The notes under the pieces: model-generated
What the model was told of the DNA's origin: nothing
What the model saw: only the letters and a program-made list of their open reading frames with translations
Databases searched by the model: none
Origin: a virus
Reading direction: 5' to 3' (one strand)
Virus record (IMG/VR): IMGVR_UViG_3300025086_000015
Location: 11,870 to 75,869 of that record
Length of the DNA stretch: 64,000 nt
In this document: piece by piece, positions 35,050 through 46,400 of the stretch
How the letters are laid out: each line of letters opens with the position of its first letter
Numbering within the stretch: the first letter of the stretch is position 1
Position numbers and translations under genes: made by a program

Positions 35050-36216
35050 ATGATTACAATTAATGTCATTGATGACAAAATCTGTGGTTCATACGGAGAT
35101 ACTCCGTTCACAGTTGAGTATAGTAAAGAGCTATACGATAGAATGCAACAACTTAGCCATAAGGCTCAAGGTGTTAGTACAGTAGAAGAATACAACGAAG
35201 TAATGGAAGAGTTTGCTCCTTTATGTGTTGTAGACTATACTAAAACCATTGAAACACAATGTGAATACATTCATGTTAACAAGGCTACAGGAGAATTCTT
35301 TCTTAAGCATAATGGAGTGGTATCGACGATACCTATGCCACAAGCGTTAGTAGATAGAATATTTGATTCCTTAGATAAAGATCTAGACTTTATGCCTTTA
35401 GTTAAGATGTGGACTAGATGGTTGCGTAACCCAATCTTGTGGAGAAAGATGAGACAAGGTCATGGGAACGATTTCTGTGAGAGATTCTTTAACTTTGTAA
35501 ACTTGCAATATGAGCATCCAAAGTTTAAAGAAGAACTTATAGAACAAGGTCTTACTGATGAAGCAGCTTCTAAAAGAGCAATGATGTACCAAATGAAAAT
35601 CACCCATGAGGGATTACTAAATGGTTACAAGGTCTCTAGAGAAGTGCTTCATAAGTTTGACAAAGAAACCGGTGAGCAAATTGATAGATACAAACGTACT
35701 TTCAATCCTGACACTGGTGAGATAGAAGGTAACGGATTACCAGAACATGTAGAAGACAGATTATTTGAACCAGCCGTTATGGGTAATGGTGGAGATGCTT
35801 TCTTCTGTGAAGGAGCTAATGGCTTTTCTGGTCCAGGACATTTTATCAAAGTTGGATGTACTCATAGATTACCTGAGTGGACTCAAATTAACGTTAATGA
35901 TACTGTATCATGTGTTAAGGGTCTTCATATTGGTGGCCTTAAGTACATTGCTTATTATAGTGGTGAAATTCACAATATATTTGTTGACCCTATGCATATA
36001 GGTGCAGTACCTTGTGATGAAGATGGTGCTATTAGATGTAAGCAGTATTTTGTTCATTCTTCCTTAGTAGGTGTGAATGGATCAATATACCACAGCTCTA
36101 GCTACGCAGCTATGACTGATGCAGAATGGGATCAGATAAGAGAAGAAGCAGTTCAGTTCAAATCTGATGTCAAAGTTCAGTGCGACAAGGAAGTTGCAGA
36201 GATTAATGCTCTGTAG
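35050..36216 (+). CDS. rIIB: rIIB-like protein
   Basis: C-terminal SCVKGLHIGGLKY...VDPMHIGAVPCD...IRCKQY resembles T4 rIIB; downstream of rIIA. Confidence 0.75.
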   Translation: MITINVIDDKICGSYGDTPFTVEYSKELYDRMQQLSHKAQGVSTVEEYNEVMEEFAPLCVVDYTKTIETQCEYIHVNKATGEFFLKHNGVVSTIPMPQALVDRIFDSLDKDLDFMPLVKMWTRWLRNPILWRKMRQGHGNDFCERFFNFVNLQYEHPKFKEELIEQGLTDEAASKRAMMYQMKITHEGLLNGYKVSREVLHKFDKETGEQIDRYKRTFNPDTGEIEGNGLPEHVEDRLFEPAVMGNGGDAFFCEGANGFSGPGHFIKVGCTHRLPEWTQINVNDTVSCVKGLHIGGLKYIAYYSGEIHNIFVDPMHIGAVPCDEDGAIRCKQYFVHSSLVGVNGSIYHSSSYAAMTDAEWDQIREEAVQFKSDVKVQCDKEVAEINAL

Positions 36217-36232
36217 CTAGTGTTTAATTGGT

Positions 36233-36266
36233 GATATAGGGGGTTAACGCCCCCTTTATCTACTTT
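36233..36266 (+). terminator. Terminator hairpin
   Basis: AGGGGGT-TAAC-GCCCCCT followed by TTATCTACTTT. Confidence 0.6.
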
Positions 36267-36281
36267 AATAAAAATTATAAT

Positions 36282-37007
36282 ATGAAAACTTTATTAATAG
36301 ATGGGGATAGTCTTATTTACTTTGAAATGGGTAAAGAGACTTTAGAAGAAGCTTTAACTAGCTTAGATGGTCGTATACTAGAAATGTTGAATCAAAGTGA
36401 AGCTGACAAATATGCTGGATTTATGACAATAGGTAAATGTTTTAGATATAAAGAAGCTAAAACTAGAAAGTATAAAGGAAATAGAAAACATGGCGACAAG
36501 CCTATTATTTTCTATGCTTTAAAACAATATTTATTGCAACATTGGAAATTTGAGTACGTTTCAGAGTTAGAAGCTGATGATTTAGTAGCAGTATATGGTG
36601 AAGGATTAGATGGTAATACAGTTATATGCAGTCCTGATAAAGATGTTTTATATCAAGTTGAGGGCAAGCATTATAATTATAGAACTGCTGAATTTATACA
36701 CACTACACCAACTGAAGCTGAGTTATTTCTTTGGAAGCAAATGCTTATGGGGGACTCAACAGATGGTATTCCTGGAATACCTAAAGTAGGTGAAAAAACT
36801 GCAGCCGCATGGTTAAATGACGTACAATTACAGGAAATGCCTGCTTTTGTTTTAAATAAATACATAGAAAAATTTGGTAACTTGGAAGGAATTAGTAGAT
36901 TTGCAGAGACATTCAAACTTGTATATATCTTAAAATCCAAAGAAGACGTTCTGAGGATGACTGGCATCGAACTACCTGAATTAGTTACTAATGTCGTAAA
37001 TATTTAA
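36282..37007 (+). CDS. 5'-3' exonuclease / flap nuclease (T7 gp6-like)
   Basis: LLIDGDS, YKGNR, LEADD, SPDKD and GDSTDGIPGIPKVGEKTA motifs. Confidence 0.92.
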   Translation: MKTLLIDGDSLIYFEMGKETLEEALTSLDGRILEMLNQSEADKYAGFMTIGKCFRYKEAKTRKYKGNRKHGDKPIIFYALKQYLLQHWKFEYVSELEADDLVAVYGEGLDGNTVICSPDKDVLYQVEGKHYNYRTAEFIHTTPTEAELFLWKQMLMGDSTDGIPGIPKVGEKTAAAWLNDVQLQEMPAFVLNKYIEKFGNLEGISRFAETFKLVYILKSKEDVLRMTGIELPELVTNVVNI

Positions 37008-37008
37008 T

Positions 37009-37785
37009 ATGTCAATAAAATGCAAAGAAGTAATTCTAACACCAACTGGTCCTCTAGGATTTAAAATTCACGGAGGAACTTCAGCTATTGTACCACAACT
37101 TCAGGAAGATAAAATAGTATCGCTAGCAATGCCTGGTGACTATTTTATTGCAATAGGTGATTCTATTAAAATTAAGAAAAAGCCATACAAAGTCAATATA
37201 ATTGAAAAATCACTAAAACATGGTACTCTTAGTTTTAATTTAAAAATCGCAGAACGAACAAAAAGCTCTCTATTTCTAATGCCTATGCTTGGCGGAAATA
37301 GACATTTATTTATGTATAACAACCAGCTGTTAAATTGTTTTGTAGGCTGGGAGGAATATACTGATAAAATTGTTTTACTTTACAGATGGTCTAGCGACCC
37401 TTTGTTTGCAAAGTTTGAGCAAGCTTTAAAACAATTTGAAGCATTTGAACATTCGTTTGATCCTGACCCATATCATGTAGTGTTTATTTTTAATATACCA
37501 AAAGTACACACTAGAAATTTTTACAATTTTAAAGAAAGTAAATATTCTAAGTTAGATGATGTTTATAAACTTAGGATATTAGATTTCCATGAAATGGATA
37601 TAGATCAAGCTTTAGGTCAAATATTATTTAGATCAGAAGAAAGACGATTAAATTTAGAAGAAAAATTAGACGCAGAGATAGATAAAAATTCAGAGTTACT
37701 CAGTGCATTAGACATGCAAAAAGAAATGTTAAACTTAAAATATTATTTAAATGAAAAAAAAGAAATGCCAGGACTCGAATACTAA
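37009..37785 (+). CDS. Hypothetical protein
   Basis: 258 aa ORF in the operon; no motif recognised. Confidence 0.65.
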   Translation: MSIKCKEVILTPTGPLGFKIHGGTSAIVPQLQEDKIVSLAMPGDYFIAIGDSIKIKKKPYKVNIIEKSLKHGTLSFNLKIAERTKSSLFLMPMLGGNRHLFMYNNQLLNCFVGWEEYTDKIVLLYRWSSDPLFAKFEQALKQFEAFEHSFDPDPYHVVFIFNIPKVHTRNFYNFKESKYSKLDDVYKLRILDFHEMDIDQALGQILFRSEERRLNLEEKLDAEIDKNSELLSALDMQKEMLNLKYYLNEKKEMPGLEY

Positions 37786-38155
37786 TGTAACAATGTCTGT
37801 TCCAGAAGGACTAGAGTTCGATACTCCATATAGTATGCATAATAAACATTATTGGGACACAGAAAGAAATAAACCTTGGAAAGTTCCTGAAAAAGCGGAT
37901 TTTGCTTGGCATCTAGATAAGGTTACAGAGCAAATTACTTCTTTATTAAAAGAAAAGAATGCTGCTTACGGAGACAGTGCCTTGAAGCCTTTAAATATTT
38001 TTAGTAAATTAGATGCGGTAGAATCTTTATGTTGTAGATTAGATGATAAGATTGCTAGAATAAGTAATAAAGGTATTAATGATCAAACAGAAGATACAGT
38101 TGATGATTTGATTGGATATTTATTGCTACTGAAAATGGCTATGGAAAGAAAATGA
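37751..38155 (+). CDS. DUF1599 / nucleotide-modification-associated helical domain protein
   Basis: KNAAYGDS...RLDDKIARI...EDTVDDLIGYLLL. Confidence 0.75.
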   Translation: MKKKKCQDSNTNVTMSVPEGLEFDTPYSMHNKHYWDTERNKPWKVPEKADFAWHLDKVTEQITSLLKEKNAAYGDSALKPLNIFSKLDAVESLCCRLDDKIARISNKGINDQTEDTVDDLIGYLLLLKMAMERK

Positions 38156-38180
38156 TGGTAGTTATTTGGCCATCATAGAG

Positions 38181-38211
38181 ATAAGGGGGTTATATACCCC
38201 CTTATTTTTTT
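38181..38211 (+). terminator. Terminator at the convergence of the replication and ejection blocks
   Basis: ATAAGGGGGT-TATAT-ACCCCCTTAT followed by a T-tract. Confidence 0.8.
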
Positions 38212-38247
38212 CTAACAACACAACGCATATTTTTTTTCTAACGCCTC

Positions 38248-41200
38248 TTAATACCTGTCGTATTTGTATTGATCACTAGTTTCAAAAGTTTTAGCAAATG
38301 CATTTAAACCAGGTATCATTTTAAAAGTATAGTGGAATCTATTATTTCTATCTCTATTACTATCTTCTCCTAATAGATCATCTCTCATCTCGTCTACAGT
38401 ATTACTACTAAGTTTCATAACTTCTCTACCTAAAGATAGTAATGGTATACCTGTAGCCCTTCCTGATTCTAAGAATTCTTGTGGTTGTGTAAATACTGCA
38501 ACTTCACGATAAGTTCTATTTACTACTGCGTATAGTTTTCTACCCGCATAACTTTGTCTTATATCAATTTTACCATCATCATCATAATCTCCACCCATTA
38601 ACATTAGTAATGACATAAATAATAATGTTAATCTCATTTCCATTAAATGTGCTCTAATATTTGCTCTTTTCATTTCAAGGTAATCTTGAAACATCGCCTC
38701 TCTTTGAGAAAGATCTTTAAGTCTATCGCTGAATTCTGGATTGTCTGCATTATTAGCGGCCCATTGATCAAACTTAGCACGAGCTAAATCTTCTTTTATT
38801 TTAAATTGATTAGTAAGTCCAAATGTAATAACATCTGTTCCAATATTTACTAGATCTTTTCCTAATACTCCTACATAATCTAGTAAAGCAACTTCCTTAT
38901 CTAGTGCCTCTGCAGGTCCCATAACTTCGCTAAGCCCTAAGTTACCCCAAGTGCTCATCCATGTACCCTCATCAAATGTTTTTAGTATATTATCATATCT
39001 CTGTCTACCAAACCTTTCCATTGCTATACCTGGCAGCCAAGATTTATAGTGCATCATAAATCTCATTAATAGTGTATTGTTATACAATGCTATATCTTCA
39101 TCAGTCATTGTACCTTTTACTTTATCACTTATACGTCTAGTTACATTACGAAAATGTCTTTCTTGTTTTTCAGTCATCCCTGGTATAGTAACTATATACC
39201 TATCTACTGCTTTGTTAGATATATTAGTTGCTGTACCTTCCCAAGCAGGATTTTCTTTAATCTCCATTAACTCTAGAAGAGATTTTGTTCCTTCTGGTAA
39301 TTTAGAGAGTACTTCTACTTCATTAGTTTCAGGATCTAACCCATAATTCTGTGCAAGACTATATATTACAGTAGCATCAATACCACGGTCAGCGGTAGAT
39401 AAAAATGAGAACCATTTATCATTAGTCATATGCCTTGTAACATAATTAGCTGATAAAGTATCTGCTCTATTTTGAGCATCATCTCTTTGATAAATCATAA
39501 AATGCTCTGCTAATGCTCTCATTTTAGGATCTGCCTTCATTAAAGCGCCTTGAGCTGTTTTTAAAGCTTTTTTAGTAATAAACCTACCTTTTGCTGCTTG
39601 TTGGTATAATCCAAATTGTCCTGCAAAAAATGCACCTGCTGCTACTGGCATTTTTATACCAAGCGCCATCATCGAGTGATATTGTTTTAAAGCTAATACT
39701 GTTTTAAGTCCACTTAGTTTTCCTATTTTGAAATCCTTAGCATCTAAAGTATTTCCAAAAAAGTATTGATCAATATATCCTGTAAACACGTCTGCATTAC
39801 TTCTAGTTTCAAATAACTTCCTAGTAGCTCCAGATAATGTAGGTATCACATTACCAAATGCATCTGTATCAATTTCTTTAGATACATTATCTTTTAAAAG
39901 TTGTTCCATTGCCATTACTTCGGGGAGAACTTCCATTTTCATTTTATAGTCTGTTGCTGCATTTAAAAGTAATAATAAACCTTTACCTAAATCTCTACTT
40001 TTTAAAGAAGGGTCTACGTTACCATTTGCATCTACAATAGGCCTAATAAATAATTTAGGTATTTTTCTAATAAGTTTACCAGTATTTTCATCTCTTAAAC
40101 CTAGAGATAAGTCATGTTCTCTTACTTGTAAATTCTCAAGTATTGCATCCATACCCAATTTGTGAGTCCCATTTTGTTGGTGCTCTAGCATATCTTTACT
40201 AATATTAGCTATAAAGTTTGGTCCTAATGTTTGGCCAAACATTTCTTCTATTAATCTAATTTTATCTTGGTAGTATTCATAGAATTCTCTTAAAGCTGGA
40301 TTAGCTTGTATTCTACCATATTCTTCAGTTAACCATTTTTCATTTGGCTTTAAAAAATATTTACCCCCTAAAGATACAGAAGCTGTATTATAGAATTTTA
40401 CAATATCATGCTGTTTATCCCAAGCAAGTAATTCTCTTGTTATAGCTTTATCATTTTTACCGTATTTTCTTTTTAGAAATTTTTCTTTATTTTTTCTATA
40501 AGTTTTAAAATTCTTATCATAAGCTTCTTGATTTATAACAGTATTTTCTTTCATCCACTTATACTCTCCTTTTTGTATAGCTCTATCTTTACCTTCGTAA
40601 TATTCTGTTTGATATTTAGCAACAAAGTTTCCAGTTTTATTATTAATTAAAGGAGCGAAAGCTTCGATTGGATTAGATCCTGTATATTGAGAAAGAATAG
40701 CATCTTGTAACGCTTGTATTTCTCCTGCAGCTTGCTTTATAGATTTTCTTCTACCATAGTTTAGTTCATCTACAATTTCCCACAAGTTTCTTAAGTACGG
40801 ATTATTTTGCTTTGATAGAGTTACAAAAGATCCCGTCATATAGTCAATACCTGGGTTGTAATTTTTAATACCTTTAACTCCTCTTTCATTAGCTTTCTCT
40901 GCAACACGGTCCCTAATCTTTGATTCTATCATAGACTGTGCATTTGTAACTGTTCTCCCTACTTCTTCTTGTAATTTAACTGTTTTAGCATATTCTGTAG
41001 GGTTGTTTTTTTGAAGATCTGCCATGTAATCATCTAACCTGAATAGATTCTTATAGAATATTAAATCATTATTTAAATCAACTAATTCTTCCATTGTTAA
41101 ATACATTGGATTAGCATCCCCTAATTTAGTAGTAGGATCATTTTCTTGAATCTTCTTTTCTATATCTTTTAGATCTCTTTTAAGATTATTTAATACATAT

Positions 41201-43419
41201 GCTACATCTTGGTTTAACTGTAGCTTACGCAATTGTTTCTCCATTCTCTCTTTAGCAGCTTTAGCTTTTTCAAAAGTTTCACCAACTTGAAAGTTTTTGT
41301 TTCGTAATCTCTCTTCTACTTGTTTTTTACGGCTTATAAGTTTTACTATTGTATCATTAACTTTATCGAAATCTGTCATTTCTTCAGCTACAGGTATTTG
41401 CTCTAAGAACTCACTAAATTTAGCGCCCATTTGAACAGTAGTAATGTTGCTAGTCATACCTCCTTGGGTATTATACTTATATCTAACATGTATAGGCACA
41501 ATTCTAGATTGTCTTACTTTAGATATACCGTATTCATTTAAAAGTGTTTGTTTATAGGCCCCCATTTGTATGTTATAGGTATCCATTTTTACAGCAAATG
41601 GGTCATTAACTATTTTATATTGACCTCCCATATATTTAACGTATCCAGCTTCTATTGATGGAGATACAAATTTATAATCATAAATACCTGCAGTTCCATC
41701 ACTATACAATACTAATAAATCTATAGTACCTCCAGTTTCAGCTCCTGAATCAATTATTAATTGCTCTGTTTTAAATACTGCCTTACCGTTTGTATTGTTT
41801 TCTTCGTTTATTCTTTTTTGCTGTGCTTTACTTTGTGCAATAATATCTTTAATTCCATTTTCAATTCTTTTAAATTGAAATTCATTAAATGGAGAGTTGG
41901 CTAGAATTTGTGATCTAGACCCTTTACCATTTGCATATAATTCTACTAAGTCTTGCATAGTAGCATGTCCAGCGGTACCTGTTTCTTTTCTTATGTTCTC
42001 TGTAGAGATTCTTCTTTTTCGTTGCTCATCCGTTTCAGGTCTTTTAGCAATTTTCATTGAGTAAAAATATTTCTTTACTTCATCAGAAACCCTACCTTTA
42101 ATTACTACTCCTTCATACGGTGTTCCCGGTTTACCTACATATCTTTCTAGCTTATCACTTCCTGGTTCTACGATCCATTTTTCTTTTATACCTTGCTCTT
42201 CAGCACTAACTTGATCTAAGATATAAGATTGTGTAGTTTTATCTAATTTTTCTAGAATAGTTTCTCTAGGGTCATCTACAGTTCTAGTATCCATTTCGTA
42301 ATATTCCCCAGCTTCTAATCCGCCCATTTGCTTTTCAGCGTTTAAATAGGTGCTAGCACTTTCACTTAGCATAATATATGCTGCTCTAGAGTATGGATCT
42401 CTAGTTACTTTTGCAAAAAAGTTTCTAACTGCTTGCAGCACTCTTTCAAACCACGTTTTAGCCCTATCCATCTGTGCTGGAGAGTCATTTCCTTGTATGT
42501 TCTTTACTAGTTGCTGTGCAATAAGTTTTCCCACAGCTTCTTTTTTCAATTTATTTACATCTCCTTGATATGCTTCTTGGTATCTTGGATCATTTACCAC
42601 ATCATCGTATACACTGTACCTTTCTATGTTATTCATCATAGAGGTAAATAATGGGTTACCGCTAGAACTTAAAAGTTCTACAAAAAAGTGAGCTGCTTCT
42701 TCTGGTAATGTATCTATTCCTGCTTTATTATTTATTACTTGAACTACTTTTCTGAGCATGTCTGCTTTTGCAACAGCATTTATTAATTTACCTTCTTTGT
42801 TTCTTATTTCACTTACAGATTCTACTTTAACCCCAATACTATCTAGAAAATTACGTATAGATTGATCTATTTGTTTGTCGGCTTTTTGCAGTACTTCATT
42901 TTCCATTTGATGGTAAATACTATCTGGATTTAAATTAGTACTTACACTTAAATGTATAATATCTCCTTTAAAATCTTTACCTACTGTAGCGTATATACCA
43001 GGGTATTCTTTTTCAATTCTTTCAGCAAGTTGGTAAGCCCCATAAGGAATATTAATCGCTGCTCCACTAGGAGTTCTTAATTTAAATCTTTCATTAATTC
43101 TATCTATCAACTCAGATGACCTAGGATTGTTAAAACTTCCTAAGTTTTCTGTAGCATGCTTTATTGTTTTATCTTCAGCTATAAATACTGGATCACCATT
43201 TACATTAACAATTCTAGGCTCTCCATTAGAGTCTACATCACCTGCTTGAAACCAATTTTTAAATGTAGGTGTATAAGTTACAGCCCATTTTTTTAAAGCA
43301 GCTTCTTTATCTAGACCTAACTCAACTATACTATTAAAAAGTTTAGATGTTTTACCATTCTCTGCAACTACTTTATCAATTTCCTGATTAACAGGGTTTC
43401 TATATACTGTACATGCCAT
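38248..43419 (-). CDS. Giant virion cargo protein with metallopeptidase-like and PD-(D/E)xK nuclease domains
   Basis: 1723 aa; TPTFKNWF...DSNGEP, EEAAHFFV, GTAGHATMQ...GGTIDLLV...IYDYKF...QMGAYK; hydrophobic C-terminal helices. Confidence 0.75.
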   Translation of the reverse strand: MACTVYRNPVNQEIDKVVAENGKTSKLFNSIVELGLDKEAALKKWAVTYTPTFKNWFQAGDVDSNGEPRIVNVNGDPVFIAEDKTIKHATENLGSFNNPRSSELIDRINERFKLRTPSGAAINIPYGAYQLAERIEKEYPGIYATVGKDFKGDIIHLSVSTNLNPDSIYHQMENEVLQKADKQIDQSIRNFLDSIGVKVESVSEIRNKEGKLINAVAKADMLRKVVQVINNKAGIDTLPEEAAHFFVELLSSSGNPLFTSMMNNIERYSVYDDVVNDPRYQEAYQGDVNKLKKEAVGKLIAQQLVKNIQGNDSPAQMDRAKTWFERVLQAVRNFFAKVTRDPYSRAAYIMLSESASTYLNAEKQMGGLEAGEYYEMDTRTVDDPRETILEKLDKTTQSYILDQVSAEEQGIKEKWIVEPGSDKLERYVGKPGTPYEGVVIKGRVSDEVKKYFYSMKIAKRPETDEQRKRRISTENIRKETGTAGHATMQDLVELYANGKGSRSQILANSPFNEFQFKRIENGIKDIIAQSKAQQKRINEENNTNGKAVFKTEQLIIDSGAETGGTIDLLVLYSDGTAGIYDYKFVSPSIEAGYVKYMGGQYKIVNDPFAVKMDTYNIQMGAYKQTLLNEYGISKVRQSRIVPIHVRYKYNTQGGMTSNITTVQMGAKFSEFLEQIPVAEEMTDFDKVNDTIVKLISRKKQVEERLRNKNFQVGETFEKAKAAKERMEKQLRKLQLNQDVAYVLNNLKRDLKDIEKKIQENDPTTKLGDANPMYLTMEELVDLNNDLIFYKNLFRLDDYMADLQKNNPTEYAKTVKLQEEVGRTVTNAQSMIESKIRDRVAEKANERGVKGIKNYNPGIDYMTGSFVTLSKQNNPYLRNLWEIVDELNYGRRKSIKQAAGEIQALQDAILSQYTGSNPIEAFAPLINNKTGNFVAKYQTEYYEGKDRAIQKGEYKWMKENTVINQEAYDKNFKTYRKNKEKFLKRKYGKNDKAITRELLAWDKQHDIVKFYNTASVSLGGKYFLKPNEKWLTEEYGRIQANPALREFYEYYQDKIRLIEEMFGQTLGPNFIANISKDMLEHQQNGTHKLGMDAILENLQVREHDLSLGLRDENTGKLIRKIPKLFIRPIVDANGNVDPSLKSRDLGKGLLLLLNAATDYKMKMEVLPEVMAMEQLLKDNVSKEIDTDAFGNVIPTLSGATRKLFETRSNADVFTGYIDQYFFGNTLDAKDFKIGKLSGLKTVLALKQYHSMMALGIKMPVAAGAFFAGQFGLYQQAAKGRFITKKALKTAQGALMKADPKMRALAEHFMIYQRDDAQNRADTLSANYVTRHMTNDKWFSFLSTADRGIDATVIYSLAQNYGLDPETNEVEVLSKLPEGTKSLLELMEIKENPAWEGTATNISNKAVDRYIVTIPGMTEKQERHFRNVTRRISDKVKGTMTDEDIALYNNTLLMRFMMHYKSWLPGIAMERFGRQRYDNILKTFDEGTWMSTWGNLGLSEVMGPAEALDKEVALLDYVGVLGKDLVNIGTDVITFGLTNQFKIKEDLARAKFDQWAANNADNPEFSDRLKDLSQREAMFQDYLEMKRANIRAHLMEMRLTLLFMSLLMLMGGDYDDDGKIDIRQSYAGRKLYAVVNRTYREVAVFTQPQEFLESGRATGIPLLSLGREVMKLSSNTVDEMRDDLLGEDSNRDRNNRFHYTFKMIPGLNAFAKTFETSDQYKYDRY

Positions 43420-43424
43420 ATTTA

Positions 43425-46400
43425 TTATTTACTTTTTTTACAATTATCTTTTTCCTTAAGAACTTGATTAACTTCGTTAGAAATTGCATCTTTACTTTTA
43501 AATAATTGCTCTGTTCCTTGTTGTCTTGTAGGATCGTAACCAAAGTCATCATAAGAATCTTTGGTAGTATAGTTGCTTGAATCTAAAGTTGTTGCTCTGT
43601 ACAAAACTACACTTTTTCTGTCAACTAATTGTTTATTAGCTTTAGCTTTTTTAGCTGCTTCCCAATTTCTATACCCCATTGCTACTGCTAACTCTTCTAA
43701 TCCTTCTCTGCCTTTAAGGGTAAGTCCAGCTGCTATAGCTTTTTTAGAGCCTTTATAAATATCATTAATACTTAATGTACCTATTATATCTAAGTGTACT
43801 CTCGCATCCCCATTAGTTAAATACATTCCGCTTGGCATAAGTGTTTTTGCTATAATTACAGCGCTTCCTACTTTATCTAAAACTTGTTCAGTGCCTTTAG
43901 ATATGTCTAATGTATCAAGTCCAAATTTAGATACATTTGATTTTAATAAAGAATCTGTATTAGATTCAATTAAATTCATACCCATACCTCTTTTAGGTAT
44001 TGCAGTAAACACATTCATAGAAGGTGTTTTTTTAGATGGTCCTGTATTTATAAATAGTTTAGTTTCGTACACAGGCTTTGTTATACTACCAACTGTTTTA
44101 ACTGCCCCAGTAGGTGCTGATATACTAACATATTCATGTTGTGAATTATGAATTATGGTACCATCTTTAAATGATTGTTTTCTTTTTTCATTTATTCTAT
44201 AAGGTAACCTTGGAACTATCTTGCCGTCTGATGAAGAATTTTGTATAAAATCTTCCCAAACATTATCTAAGTTTAAATTAAACTCTTCTGAATATCTATT
44301 AAAATATGGAGAGATTATATTTAATACTTCAGTACTTGGCAGCACTTGAAAAAATGCATTAGGACTAAAGTGGAATCCAGATTGTAACACACTAAATTCA
44401 ACTAAGTCTTTAGCTAATTGAGGTGCAATCTCTTGTAATTCTAAATACGAGTCTGATAATAAATCAATATCAAATGTTTGTAATTTTTTACTAAACAGCT
44501 TCATATTATCTATGCTGTATTCAGGATGCTTTGGATCTTGGAACGTTTGAAGTAGAGGATATAACTCTTGTATTAATAGATTATCTTTCAATCTTGGAGA
44601 ACCCTTAGCTGCTAAAATTCTTCTAGGTAAACTATTGTCTCCTCTAAATAAACTACTTATTTTGTTTTTTAAGTACGATCTCTGTAAAGGTGTATTTTGT
44701 ACTATATAAGAAGATAGATGAGAGTCAAATCTTTTCATTACATATCCTATTTCATCAGCGCTTCTTCTTAATGTTGGATTTGTTAACTCGTATATTTTAT
44801 CATATGTCCATTTAGAAATATATGGGTGGTATTCTTTCATATCTAATGAAGAGAACATTTTAGAACCTGCATCAAACCCTTCTCTAAAAGCAGACATAAG
44901 TGAGTATTTCCCATTTTGATTATAAATTAAATTATCTACATTTACAAATGCTTGTGTGTCTTCTACTCTTGCTAGTGCTGCTTTCATGTATTTTATAGCT
45001 GTAGGGCCACTTAATTTACTAGTATCAAATTTAGTAGCTGTTGTTAGTAAGAATAAAAAATCTGCGTATTCTTGATACCTTATAAAATCATCTAAAATTT
45101 GACTTTGCATTTGTTTTTCAACACGGCTTAACTCAGAAATATCTTTTCCAACCATATCTTTTAAAACATCAGCATTAAATTTAACAGGCTCTGATTCAGG
45201 CCTTGCTCCATATTTTGTTTTTAATGTAGAATACATATCTTCTTTACCCATGTAAGATTTACCTCCACTATATTGAGCAGCTAAAGATCTTTGAGTTTCA
45301 TTTAGATTTACATAGTCATCTATAATTGGCTGTGACATAAAGTATGCAACTTGGTCTAACGGAACTCCCGATCTAACTAACATCATATGTATTGGTGCAT
45401 ATTCTACACCAGCATTAATATCAAATACAAAATCTTCTTTCGTTACATCAACATACCCGGTAACGTACTGAGCTAAAACAGAAGATATTTTCATTCCACC
45501 ATTTACATCACTAACTCTAGATAAAGAGTATCCTGTTCCTGCAAAGTTTAATTGTAGATCTATTTCAGGGCTCCAATCTAGCCCCGCTCTTTGTGCTTTA
45601 GCGTGTTGTGTTGCTGTTACAGCTACAATACCTACACCCCCTAAACCAGACCACATACGGTAAGAAGTGTTAACTAAATTTCCAAAGCTTAATTTTTTAT
45701 TAAACATGGTAGATTGGCCTTTACCTTTACCTCTCTTATCTCTAAGTGCAGCAATTTCTCTTGCTACATTCTTAACTTCAAATGCACCAACAGGCGTTAT
45801 AAGCTGATCAAAACTTTGTGGATTTTCTAAAACAGTTTTAATTATTTCTTGTACTCTATTTTGTAAAGCTACTTGTATATTTTGGTCAGATATTGGAAGC
45901 TTACTGAATTGACTTAAAGTCAAATCTCTAGGCTCTTCTTGCTTCATAACTTCATACCTTTCTTCAACTGTTGAATTTTCATCTGTTAAATAAGGTATTC
46001 TAGAAACAGTATTACTTTCTTCATTATATGTATAGTTAGGGAAGTATAGAGTTAATTTATCAATATCATAATCCGATCCAGACTTTCCTACTATTTCAGA
46101 AGGTACTATAATTGTAGACCCCGCTGATGGTGGTAGGTATCCTACTACTTCTATAAAATCTATAGAATTTAATCCCTCTGTAGGAATACGGAATCCTATT
46201 AATTGCTTAAGTCCTTCATCAATATTATTGGCATCTATTAAGTTACCTAAACCTAACTCTTTAAATCTATGCGGAAGCATTACCTGCATAGCTAATGTTT
46301 TGTCTTTTCCAGGTCTGTAGAACTTTAAAGGTTTAAGCATAGCTATATCGATGTTATCTTTATTTGCTTGCTCGTAATCTTTTTGTTTTATTGCTCTTGC

